Translations under genes and position numbers: made by a program
Source: Verrucomicrobiia bacterium
Lineage (GTDB): Bacteria; Verrucomicrobiota; Verrucomicrobiia; Chthoniobacterales; Terrimicrobiaceae
Reading direction: 5' to 3'
Assembly: GCA_040378625.1 (NCBI GenBank)
Contig: JBEIMO010000001.1
Span: 1-37,044, forward strand
Length of the DNA: 37,044 bases
Shown: piece by piece, positions 22,114 to 29,993 of the stretch
Numbering within the stretch: position 1 is the stretch's first letter
How the letters are laid out: each line of letters opens with the position of its first letter
The notes under the pieces: generated by a model
The model's input: the letters and a program-made list of their open reading frames with translations, nothing else
Databases searched by the model: none
Told to the model about the DNA's origin: nothing

Positions 22114-23073
22114 ATGGCGCAAAAATCTAAAAAACCTGCCAAGGCAAAAGCCGTTGTCAAAAAGGCTGCCCCATCCAAGGCGAAAAAGCCTGCCGTGAAG
22201 GTTTCCAAGCCTGCGGCGAAAGCCAAGCCCAAGGCCGTTAAGAAGCAACCAGCCCCTGCCAAAAAGCCTGTTGCCGTTAAGAAGATCGTTAAAAAGCCGG
22301 CCCCTGCGGCGAAGAAGGCAGCCCCTGTCAAAAAGGTAGCTCCTGCGAAGAAAGCAGCTCCCGCCAAAAAACCCGTTTCAAAAAAACCAGCGGCTCCCGT
22401 TAAAAAATCAGCACCGGCTAAAAAGCCTGCTGTTAAAGCCAAGCCGGTTTCAAAAAAACCTTTTCCTAAAAAGCCTGTTTCCAAAGTTAAGGTTTCCGTG
22501 GCCAAGGCTCCCGCAGTTAAGCCCGCTCCTAAAGGTAAGCCTCAGGCCCCTGTGAAAGGAAAGCTCATCACGGTTGTTAAAATTCGTTCCGTGCAGCCCA
22601 TCAAAGTCACCGGTTGGTTGGCTAAACAACGTGAACGCCTCCTCGCCCTCAAAGATACGCTTCTTGATTCCATGAGTGGCGTTGGGAAAGATTCTCTCCG
22701 TTCCCGCGCAGAAGGCAGCGAGGCATCCGCATTTGGCATGCACACGGCAGATGCCGGCAGCGACGCCTATGATCGCGATTTCGCTCTCAGCCTCCTCTCT
22801 CAGGAACGTGATTCCCTTTTTGAAATTGATGCCGCGCTCAAGAAAATCGAGCAAGGCAACTATGGCTCCTGTAAGATGTCGGGAAAACCGATTCCTCACG
22901 CCCGCCTCGAAGCCCTTCCCTTCGCCCGCTACACTGTGGAGTGCCAGACCGAATTGGAAAAATCCAATCGTCTCACCCGCGTGCGCCAACCAGTCACCTC
23001 GCTCTTCGGACTTAACGAAGATGAAGGCGGTGAAGGCGAGGAAGAGGAAACCAACACCGACAGCAAAGAATAA
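22114..23073 (+). CDS. DksA/TraR-family protein with a long N-terminal Lys/Ala/Pro-rich histone-H1-like tail
   Basis: aa 1-~150 are degenerate (A/P/V)KK(P/A)A repeats. aa ~175-290 align by eye to DksA ('[62 protein letters not shown]'). There is an acidic C-terminal tail. Confidence 0.75.
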   Translation: MAQKSKKPAKAKAVVKKAAPSKAKKPAVKVSKPAAKAKPKAVKKQPAPAKKPVAVKKIVKKPAPAAKKAAPVKKVAPAKKAAPAKKPVSKKPAAPVKKSAPAKKPAVKAKPVSKKPFPKKPVSKVKVSVAKAPAVKPAPKGKPQAPVKGKLITVVKIRSVQPIKVTGWLAKQRERLLALKDTLLDSMSGVGKDSLRSRAEGSEASAFGMHTADAGSDAYDRDFALSLLSQERDSLFEIDAALKKIEQGNYGSCKMSGKPIPHARLEALPFARYTVECQTELEKSNRLTRVRQPVTSLFGLNEDEGGEGEEEETNTDSKE

Positions 23074-23078
23074 TTTTT

Positions 23079-23252
23079 ATGGCACAGGAAAACATCACAC
23101 TCGAATGCACCGAGGCTAAAGCCGAAGGCAAGCCCGCATCGCGTTACATCACCACACGCAACAAAAAGAGCCCTCGCACCCCGAATCGTCTCGAAAAGAA
23201 AAAATTCAATCCCCATCTCAACCGTCACACGCTTCACCGCGAAATCAAATAA
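23079..23252 (+). CDS. rpmG: 50S ribosomal protein L33
   Basis: My own translation is [57 protein letters not shown] (57 aa, below the ORF-track cutoff). It shows the L33 pattern 'Y.T.KNK...P.RLE.KKF.P....HTLH.E.K'. Confidence 0.85.
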   Translation: MAQENITLECTEAKAEGKPASRYITTRNKKSPRTPNRLEKKKFNPHLNRHTLHREIK

Positions 23253-23258
23253 CACGTC

Positions 23259-23498
23259 ATGCAACCCAAAACACCTCAACGCCGTTCGAACTTCCGCCGC
23301 GCCAATCGTCCGATGCCGCGCCGCCGCGTGGATATCAATATCGAGGCCATCGATTACAAAAACCCTGATCTTCTCAAGCGCTTCGTTACCGAGAGCGGCA
23401 AGATCCTTCCGCGTCGCATCACCGGCATGTCCGCACGTCTTCACCGTAAAATCACCCGCGAGGTCAAACGTGCCCGCGCCGTGCTTTTGATGAAGTAA
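23259..23498 (+). CDS. rpsR: 30S ribosomal protein S18
   Basis: '[48 protein letters not shown]' is canonical S18. Confidence 0.92.
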   Translation: MQPKTPQRRSNFRRANRPMPRRRVDINIEAIDYKNPDLLKRFVTESGKILPRRITGMSARLHRKITREVKRARAVLLMK

Positions 23499-23505
23499 TT
23501 TTTCT

Positions 23506-23546
23506 CCGGCCCGGCCGAGCGGATTCTCCGCTTTTGGCCGGGCCGG
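23506..23546 (+). terminator. Nested GC-rich stem-loop downstream of rpsR (candidate terminator)
   Basis: CCGGCCCGGCC-G-AGCGGA-TTC-TCCGCT-TTT-GGCCGGGCCGG gives 11-bp outer and 6-bp inner stems. No clean 3' U-tract follows, so its terminator function is inferred. Confidence 0.5.
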
Positions 23547-23647
23547 ACCACTTTCTGGCGGCTTTCGTCGCTGGGAGACTCCAACCCAAATTAAAAATTA
23601 GCCAACGTCTGGCTTGATTTCGGATAAAAATTCAGCAATCTCGCAGC

Positions 23648-24154
23648 ATGAAAAAATTCTCGACCACTCTGGCTCTCGTCGCAGTTCTCGCTTTCGGACT
23701 TCCCGCTTGTAATAAAAAATCCAAAAAACAATTCGCTGGCGTTGATGGCGATTTCGTAACCAGCACACCGCTTGGTGAACGTTTTGAAGGTGGTGCAAAC
23801 TTCTTTGGCGACAGCGTGGCCCGCGGTCAATTCGCTCCAGTTTATTTCGGCTATGACAGCTACCAAGTCTCGGGCGCTGAATCTTCGAAGATCAACCAAG
23901 TGGCTACATCGGTAAAGAGCTCGAGCAAAAAGCTCATTGTTGCGGGATTCACTGATGAACGTGGAACTCAAGAATACAACCGTGGCCTCGGCGAACGCCG
24001 TGCCCAAGCGGTTCGCCAAGCTCTCATCGACGCCGGTGTTAAGCCTGATCTCATTCAAACCGTCAGCTTCGGCAGCGAAATGCCAGCAGACCCAGCCAGC
24101 AACGAAAAAGCTTGGGCGCTCAATCGCCGCGCTGAATTCGGCGTGGTCAAGTAA
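23648..24154 (+). CDS. pal: Peptidoglycan-associated lipoprotein (OmpA-family C-terminal domain)
   Basis: Lipobox 'LAFGLPAC', 'VYFGYDSYQV', and the OmpA-like 'GFTDERGTQEYNRGLGERRAQAVRQAL'. Confidence 0.85.
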   Translation: MKKFSTTLALVAVLAFGLPACNKKSKKQFAGVDGDFVTSTPLGERFEGGANFFGDSVARGQFAPVYFGYDSYQVSGAESSKINQVATSVKSSSKKLIVAGFTDERGTQEYNRGLGERRAQAVRQALIDAGVKPDLIQTVSFGSEMPADPASNEKAWALNRRAEFGVVK

Positions 24155-24197
24155 CCCGCAGCTTGCGCAGTAAAAGTTTCCAACAACTTTCACAATG

Positions 24198-24230
24198 AAA
24201 AGGGATGGCATACAGCCATCCCTTTTTTGT
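24198..24230 (+). terminator. Rho-independent terminator after pal
   Basis: GGGATGGC-ATACA-GCCATCCC is followed by TTTTTTGTTTT. Confidence 0.75.
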
Positions 24231-24297
24231 TTTCCAACGAAACCGAGTCGGGACGTGATCTTGTAGCCACGGCCTTTTTCGGATTTAGTGATCCGCT

Positions 24298-26349
24298 TTG
24301 AGCTTAAACCCATCACATACCCAAAATTCAGAGCGTCTGTCTTTCCGAGTGGAAGCCCGCGCCAGTGGCTCACGCGCACGCGCGGCGACATTTCACACGT
24401 TGCATAACGAGGTTAAAACCCCGCTGTTCATGCCGGTTGGAACGCATGCCACAGTGAAGGCTCAGGCGACGCATTTTTTGGAGGAATCGGGTTCGCAAAT
24501 CCTGCTCGCCAATACCTACCACTTGCTCCTCCGTCCAGGCCCGGAGGTTTTCAGGAATGTGGGAGGAATTCATCGCTTCATGAGTTGGAATCACTCGGTG
24601 CTCACCGATTCCGGAGGATTTCAAATCTTCTCCTTGCCACATTCCCGCTCGATGAGCGAGGAGGGCGCTGTTTTTCAGAGCTATCTGGATGGCAAAACAA
24701 TTCTTCTCAGTCCCGAGTGCAGTATTGAAACGCAGATGGCGATCGGCAGCGACATCATGATGGTCCTTGACCAGTGCGTGCCGTCCACTGTGGATGAGAA
24801 AACGGCGCGTGATGCCATGGAGCTCACGCATCGCTGGGCCGCACGCAGTCTCGCTGCGCGAGGGGATTCCCCGCAATCGCTCTTCGCGATTGTTCAAGGA
24901 GCCTTGTTTCATGATTTGCGCCAAGCCAGTGCCGAAGCACTTTGCGCCATGCCGTTCGATGGGTTTGCCATCGGAGGTCTTGCGGTGGGTGAAGGGAAAA
25001 GCGAACGCGAGGATACATGTGAATTTACAACGGCCCTTCTGCCGGAAAATCGCCCTCGCTATCTCATGGGTGTTGGCACTCCGCTGGATATTCTGGAAGC
25101 CGTTCATCGCGGCGTGGACATGTTCGATTGCATCATTCCGACCCAATTGGCGCAGCGCGGCGGGGTTTTTACATCACGCGGACTGCTTCAAATGCGGCGC
25201 GGAATTTATAAAAATTCCCAGGAGCCATTGGATCCCGATTGCGCATGTCCGACCTGTGCGCGCTTCAACCGCGCCTACCTGCATCATCTCACGAAATGTA
25301 AGGAAACACTCGGATGGCAACTCCTCGGTCAGCATAACATTTTTTTCTACCACCGGCTCATGCGCGAAATCCGGCAGAGCATTTTTGAAGATCGCTTTCT
25401 GGAACTTTACAAAGAAAAGCGGGAGGTGCTGCAGATTGATGACATCGATAATCCCGTGACGCCGATGCGCCGCCGCCCCCCTAAAAAACTCACTCTCGGC
25501 GAATACAAAATTCACACAGCGATCGAAGGGTTTTCCAGCATTCTTCATGTTTCCTCAGGCGAAATCATGCATTCCCGCACGCCGCCGATGGTGGAAGCAG
25601 AGAAACTTTACATTGAACAATCGAGGCTGAGCGAGCGGCTTCAGCAGGACATCGAAAGCGGTCCGCTCATCGTTTGGGATGTCGGCTTGGGAGCGGCGGC
25701 CAATGCCATGGCGGCGATCAATTGCTTCGAAGCACTCGCTGCTCAAGGCGCCGTGCGACCGATGCGGATCATCAGCTTTGAGAATGACCTCGATTCACTT
25801 CGTTTGGCATTCAAACACCACGACCTCTTTCCCTATTTGCGTCATGGTGGGCCGCCAGCAATTCTTAAAGAACGTCGCTGGCAATCGAAGCAATATGACG
25901 GCTTGTCATGGGAGCTCATCGAAGGGGACTTTTTGGAATCGATGAATCTTGGAGAGCCGCCGGATCTTATTTTTTACGACATGTTTTCAGGGAAAACCTG
26001 TGCGCCGGCATGGACGCCTGAAGCATTTCGCAGTCTTTTTGAAAAATGTTCAGGGCGCGATGTAGAGCTTTTTACTTACACTTGTTCGACCGCATCGCGA
26101 GTAGCCATGCTGTCCGCTGGATTCCATGTAGCCCGGGGACGCAATGCGGGCGACAAGGAGGAGACGACAATCGCCTTCACAAGTTTGGAAAAAGCCAGCG
26201 ACCGGAAGCGTGATATTCTTGGCGCGGATTGGTTGAAAAAATGGGAACGATCCGCAGCGAAGTTTCCAGCGTCGCTTCCCGCCGATAAACAACCCGCTTT
26301 CGAGCATTTGATCCTCGCGAATGCGCAATTTTGCAATGGATCCCGATAA
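24298..26349 (+). CDS. tgt: Fusion protein: queuine tRNA-ribosyltransferase (Tgt) plus a C-terminal MnmC-type (DUF752-like) SAM methyltransferase domain
   Basis: aa 1-~385 are Tgt ('TPLFMPVGT', 'LTDSGGFQ', 'MVLDQC', 'GGLAVGE', 'RYLMGVGTP', Zn site 'CACPTC...H'). aa ~398-645 align by eye to the E. coli MnmC N-terminal MTase ('VWDVGLGAAANAM' vs 'ESGFGTGLNFL'; 'RIISFEN' vs 'HFISFEK'; 'DLIFYDMFSGKTCAPAWTPEAF...LFTYTCSTASRVAMLSAGFHV' vs '[22 protein letters not shown]...[21 protein letters not shown]'). The start (TTG 24298) is uncertain. Confidence 0.85.
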   Translation: MSLNPSHTQNSERLSFRVEARASGSRARAATFHTLHNEVKTPLFMPVGTHATVKAQATHFLEESGSQILLANTYHLLLRPGPEVFRNVGGIHRFMSWNHSVLTDSGGFQIFSLPHSRSMSEEGAVFQSYLDGKTILLSPECSIETQMAIGSDIMMVLDQCVPSTVDEKTARDAMELTHRWAARSLAARGDSPQSLFAIVQGALFHDLRQASAEALCAMPFDGFAIGGLAVGEGKSEREDTCEFTTALLPENRPRYLMGVGTPLDILEAVHRGVDMFDCIIPTQLAQRGGVFTSRGLLQMRRGIYKNSQEPLDPDCACPTCARFNRAYLHHLTKCKETLGWQLLGQHNIFFYHRLMREIRQSIFEDRFLELYKEKREVLQIDDIDNPVTPMRRRPPKKLTLGEYKIHTAIEGFSSILHVSSGEIMHSRTPPMVEAEKLYIEQSRLSERLQQDIESGPLIVWDVGLGAAANAMAAINCFEALAAQGAVRPMRIISFENDLDSLRLAFKHHDLFPYLRHGGPPAILKERRWQSKQYDGLSWELIEGDFLESMNLGEPPDLIFYDMFSGKTCAPAWTPEAFRSLFEKCSGRDVELFTYTCSTASRVAMLSAGFHVARGRNAGDKEETTIAFTSLEKASDRKRDILGADWLKKWERSAAKFPASLPADKQPAFEHLILANAQFCNGSR

Positions 26350-27028
26350 GGTAACGTCTGGAAAATCCCTGGCCGCCTACGTGCTGCCGTTCGCTTTGTT
26401 TATTGGCGGGCTTTCGCTGGTTTCCTGGATAAAAAATCCTGCCAGCGGTTCACTCCTTTTTCAGAAACCAGAACTATGGATTTACCCGCTCCAGACATTG
26501 GTTTGCGGCGCTGTATTGATTTTTTTCTGGCGTGAATATGACTGGGGAAAGCGCCCAGGCTGGCTGACTGGTATCGCAGCCGGGGGGCTGGTGCTCGGAC
26601 TCTGGATCGCTCCTCAGGTGCTTTTGGGCGCCGCGCCGCGCCTCGAAGGATTTGACCCAACAGTTTTTGAGGGTCAGTCGTTTTTATATTGGCTGACTAT
26701 TCTGTCACGATTTGCGCGATTGGTGATTGTTGTTCCGCTCATGGAAGAAATCTTCTGGCGGGGATTTTTGATGCGCTACTTGATCGATGAGGATTTTCAA
26801 AAAATTCGTATCGGAATTTTTCGATGGAAGGCATTTGTCATTGTATCACTCGCTTTCATGCTGGTTCACAGTATGGCGGATTGGCCGGCCGCGCTGGCGT
26901 GCGGGATCATCTATAACCTCGTCGCCATTCGGACCGGTAGCTTGGGAGCTTGCATTTTAGCCCATTCCCTTACGAATCTTGGTCTCGGCATCTACATCAT
27001 GGCCACGCGCCAATGGGGATTTTGGTAA
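26336..27028 (+). CDS. CPBP-family intramembrane glutamic endopeptidase (CAAX protease/Abi-like)
   Basis: Motifs 'EEIFWRGF', 'HSMADW', 'HSLTNL' sit in a multi-TM protein. The start is ATG 26336 or 26321, and either overlaps the tgt stop. Confidence 0.8.
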   Translation: MDPDKVTSGKSLAAYVLPFALFIGGLSLVSWIKNPASGSLLFQKPELWIYPLQTLVCGAVLIFFWREYDWGKRPGWLTGIAAGGLVLGLWIAPQVLLGAAPRLEGFDPTVFEGQSFLYWLTILSRFARLVIVVPLMEEIFWRGFLMRYLIDEDFQKIRIGIFRWKAFVIVSLAFMLVHSMADWPAALACGIIYNLVAIRTGSLGACILAHSLTNLGLGIYIMATRQWGFW

Positions 27029-27031
27029 GAC

Positions 27032-28663
27032 ATGAAAATCGGACTCGCACAGATTAATTCAACCGTTGGGGACTTGGCAGGCAATGCCCGTAAAATCATT
27101 GAAGCGTGCCAGTCGCTGGAAAATCAAGGTGCTCGGATCATTCTGACGCCAGAGCTCGTCCTGACTGGCTACCCGCCGCAGGATTTGCTTTTTCAATCGG
27201 ATTTTGTGCCCGAGAGCCTGCGATGGTTGGATGAAATTCATCAAGCCGTAGGTGAAGCGGCTTGGATCATTGGTTGCGTGCAGCCTAACTCGCTGCCTGG
27301 CGGCAAGCCGTTCAGGAATGCGGCTGCGATTTTGGAGCGAGGAAAACCGGCGTGTTTTGTTTTCAAATCGCTGCTCCCAACCTACGATGTCTTCAACGAG
27401 GCGCGTTATTTTCAGCCCTGCGAAAATCCCGCGCCTGTCGAAATTCATGGCCAGATTTTTGGTGTCACCATCTGCGAGGACATCTGGTCGCCGGACTACC
27501 TCGCCCGGCCGCTTTATACCATTGATCCTGTAGAGAAGCTGGTCTCTGCTGGGGCCACGGCGATTCTGAATCTGAGCGCATCGCCATTCCAAATTGGAAA
27601 GCCTGCCCGGCGCGAAGCCATGATTCGGGCACAGGCTAAAAAGCACGGCGTTCCTTTTTATTACTGCAATGCCATCGGCGGAAATGACCAGTTGGTGTTT
27701 GATGGAAATTCGTTCGCGGTTGCTCCTGATGGCGCGTTGCTGCAAAAAGCGCCCGGTTTTATCGAATCATCGCTGCTGGCCGATAATGTTCCTGCGTCAA
27801 TTTGTAATCCCTCCAGTGATATCGCCGATCTGCGCAGTGCCCTTGTTTTAGGCCTCCGTGACTATGCTTCCAAATGCGGCTTCCGTTCTGCGGTCTTGGG
27901 TTTGAGTGGAGGCATTGATAGCGCCATTGTCGCCTGTCTGGCCGTTGAGGCGTTGGGTGCGGATAAAGTTACGGGTGTCGCCATGCCATCGCCTTTCTCC
28001 TCATCACACAGCGTGGAGGATGCTCTGGCACTGGCAAAAAATCTCGGCATCACATGCCATACAATTCCAATCGCCGAGAGCTTCACAGCCTTTAAAAACC
28101 AGATGCAGTCGGTATTTGCAGGGCGTGCGGAAGATACAACCGAGGAAAACATGCAGGCCCGTTTGCGTGGACTCACTCTCATGTCGCTCTCGAACAAGTT
28201 CGGTCATCTTTTGCTGACCACAGGAAACAAAAGCGAACTCGCCGTCGGCTATTGCACACTCTACGGCGACATGTGCGGCGGTTTGGCGGTTATTTCCGAT
28301 GTGCCAAAAACAATGGTCTATGAGTTAGCCAAATTCATAAACGCCGAATCAGAAATCATCCCGCATCGGACGATTGAAAAGCCGCCCAGTGCCGAACTTC
28401 GCCCCGATCAAACCGATCAGGATACGCTTCCGCCCTACGAAATACTCGATGCGATCCTGCGCCTTTACGTGGAAGAAAATCTGGGGCCATCTCAAATTAT
28501 TGCTCAGGGATTTGATGCCGAAACCGTTCGCTGGGTCACACGCAAAGTCGATTTCAACGAATACAAGCGCGAGCAAGCTGCTCCCGGTCTCAAGGTCACC
28601 AGCCGCGCCTTTGGCATCGGCCGCCGTATGCCGATTGCGCAAAAATTCGTATCGTCCAAGTAG
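27032..28663 (+). CDS. nadE: Glutamine-dependent NAD+ synthetase
   Basis: N-terminal CN-hydrolase domain ('PELVLTGYPP', 'ICEDIW') plus a C-terminal synthetase domain with PP-loop 'GLSGGIDS'. Length 543 aa. Confidence 0.92.
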   Translation: MKIGLAQINSTVGDLAGNARKIIEACQSLENQGARIILTPELVLTGYPPQDLLFQSDFVPESLRWLDEIHQAVGEAAWIIGCVQPNSLPGGKPFRNAAAILERGKPACFVFKSLLPTYDVFNEARYFQPCENPAPVEIHGQIFGVTICEDIWSPDYLARPLYTIDPVEKLVSAGATAILNLSASPFQIGKPARREAMIRAQAKKHGVPFYYCNAIGGNDQLVFDGNSFAVAPDGALLQKAPGFIESSLLADNVPASICNPSSDIADLRSALVLGLRDYASKCGFRSAVLGLSGGIDSAIVACLAVEALGADKVTGVAMPSPFSSSHSVEDALALAKNLGITCHTIPIAESFTAFKNQMQSVFAGRAEDTTEENMQARLRGLTLMSLSNKFGHLLLTTGNKSELAVGYCTLYGDMCGGLAVISDVPKTMVYELAKFINAESEIIPHRTIEKPPSAELRPDQTDQDTLPPYEILDAILRLYVEENLGPSQIIAQGFDAETVRWVTRKVDFNEYKREQAAPGLKVTSRAFGIGRRMPIAQKFVSSK

Positions 28664-28677
28664 GCCGCTATTAGGCG
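28531..28677. repeat. Direct repeat copy 1 (functional 3' end of nadE plus 14 nt downstream)
   Basis: It aligns base-for-base with 29724-29870 (offset 1193 nt) with 6 mismatches in 147 nt. Only 3 of those fall in the 133 nt up to the stop codon. Confidence 0.95.
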
Positions 28678-28952
28678 CTTTCTTTCCGTGATGTGGTCGC
28701 CACCCGGCGAACGATGCCACTTATGGGAGTGACCAGCCTATGCGGCAAAAGGAAACTTTGCTTTGCCAATCCACTGGCGAAAAAATCTAATTCGTATCGC
28801 GTTTTTATGCGTCAGAGGTTGGCTGGTGATTTGGCAAAGCAGCATATACCCGCGGTCCAACACAGCCAGAACCAGAGCGGGACCACCATGCACCACAACC
28901 TCCTGTCAAAAAATCCACTCTCTAATTCGCGCCGACGCGGCTCTTACGCCCA

Positions 28953-29270
28953 TCACCCCACGCGCGCTAGGGACAGCTTCAACTCCCCCTTGGCGACCAT
29001 GTGCAGCACACTGGCGGCCAGCGTCTGATAGGGTAGCCCAGCTTCCTCCGCCCGCGCGCGCAATCCTGCAATGGTCTCGTGCGTGGTGCGGATGTTGATG
29101 CGAGCAGGCCGTGCTGGCTTGCGCACGATTGTCATCTTTGCGGCTGCAGCGGGCTCAGGGATTCCCAGAGCGCTCTGCTGATCGCGATTCAGGGCAGCCC
29201 CCGCCGCGAATTTCCACCCCTTACCAGCGGGTTCTGCTGTGTAGTTAAGTTTTTTGCTTTTGGTTTTCAT
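28953..29270 (-). CDS. brnA: BrnA-type antitoxin (RHH/CopG-like)
   Basis: The C-terminal 'INIRTTHETIAGLRARAEEAGLPYQTLAASVLHMVAKGEL' matches the BrnA pattern (isiRld...G.gYQtlin..L). The ATG at 29270 overlaps the brnT 3' end by 26 nt. Confidence 0.75.
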   Translation of the reverse strand: MKTKSKKLNYTAEPAGKGWKFAAGAALNRDQQSALGIPEPAAAAKMTIVRKPARPARINIRTTHETIAGLRARAEEAGLPYQTLAASVLHMVAKGELKLSLARVG

Positions 29271-29523
29271 AAGCGCTCTTCTGCTTTCTCCAGTATCCAG
29301 CACCGATCACACGGAGGGCATCTCCGCGAATTGTGAATCTCACGGTCAAAATCTCCTGTCCATCGTGGCCGATAGCATAGAACCTCGGCTCGTCCAGGCT
29401 GTGGTTTTGGTTTGGAATGATCATACGGTTGGGATCTTCAAAAACCCGTAGGACTGTGGAAAAATCCACGCCGTGTTTGGCCAAATTGGCCGCTTCCTTG
29501 GCCGGGTCGAATTCCAACTGCAT
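29245..29523 (-). CDS. brnT: BrnT-family (DUF497) ribonuclease toxin
   Basis: 'LEFDPAKEAANLAKHGVDFSTVLRVFEDPN...DEPRFYAIG...LTVRFTIRGDALRVIGAGYW' matches the BrnT/DUF497 consensus. The toxin-first order is typical of brnTA. Confidence 0.8.
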   Translation of the reverse strand: MQLEFDPAKEAANLAKHGVDFSTVLRVFEDPNRMIIPNQNHSLDEPRFYAIGHDGQEILTVRFTIRGDALRVIGAGYWRKQKSAYENQKQKT

Positions 29524-29723
29524 GTGTCGAATGTGTGCCTCATAAATTCACTTGTCAAGACCTTGCCGGGTAGTTTCCCTCCGCTTCCCCAAGGGGGAAG
29601 CGGCCATCTCGGCCGTGAAAGACATCCCCGTGGCAACAGCATCGCTGACAAACCACACCCCGCGCCTGCACGGTCTGGACGCCGCTGCGTGGCTGAGAAA
29701 TGGGTCAGGCGAGGACGATGACC

Positions 29724-29870
29724 CTGGGTCACACGCAAAGTTGATTTCAACGAATACAAGCGCGAGCAAGCTGCTCCAGGTCTCAAGGTCACCAGCCGCG
29801 CCTTTGGCATCGGCCGCCGTATGCCGATTGCGCAAAAATTCGTATCGCCCAAGTAGGCCGTTATTCGGAG
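29724..29870. repeat. Direct repeat copy 2 (distal copy of the nadE 3' end)
   Basis: See copy 1. Homology begins abruptly at 29724 (= 28531) and decays after the stop codon. Confidence 0.95.
29725..29856 (+). pseudogene. Orphan duplicated 3' fragment of nadE (43 codons plus stop, no start)
   Basis: It translates as [43 protein letters not shown], identical to the nadE C-terminus except S->P. An in-frame TGA lies at 29719-29721, one codon (CCC) upstream of the fragment. Confidence 0.9.
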
Positions 29871-29993
29871 AATCTATGGCATTTATGTTATTCGTAAAAC
29901 AATCATCGAAAATGCTATCCAATTTATTTGTCCGATCGGACAGAAATTTTGGCGGAATGGTGGGAGGGTAAAAAACATTTTGAGCTGGGGGTT

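Noticed and set aside
22095-22505. 136-aa minus-strand ORF rich in Ala/Gly/Phe/Leu, which could be taken for a membrane or repeat protein
   Set aside because: It is the reverse-complement mirror of the AAG/GCC/CCT-rich lysine-alanine-proline repeat of the DksA-like gene. The plus-strand frame continues into a bona fide DksA domain.
28693-29098. Two 111-aa plus-strand ORFs inside the nadE-repeat-bounded insert, which might have been cargo genes or integrase fragments
   Set aside because: They overlap each other and lie antisense to brnA. Their translations have no recombinase (R-H-R-Y or Ser-recombinase) motifs and look like non-coding read-through.
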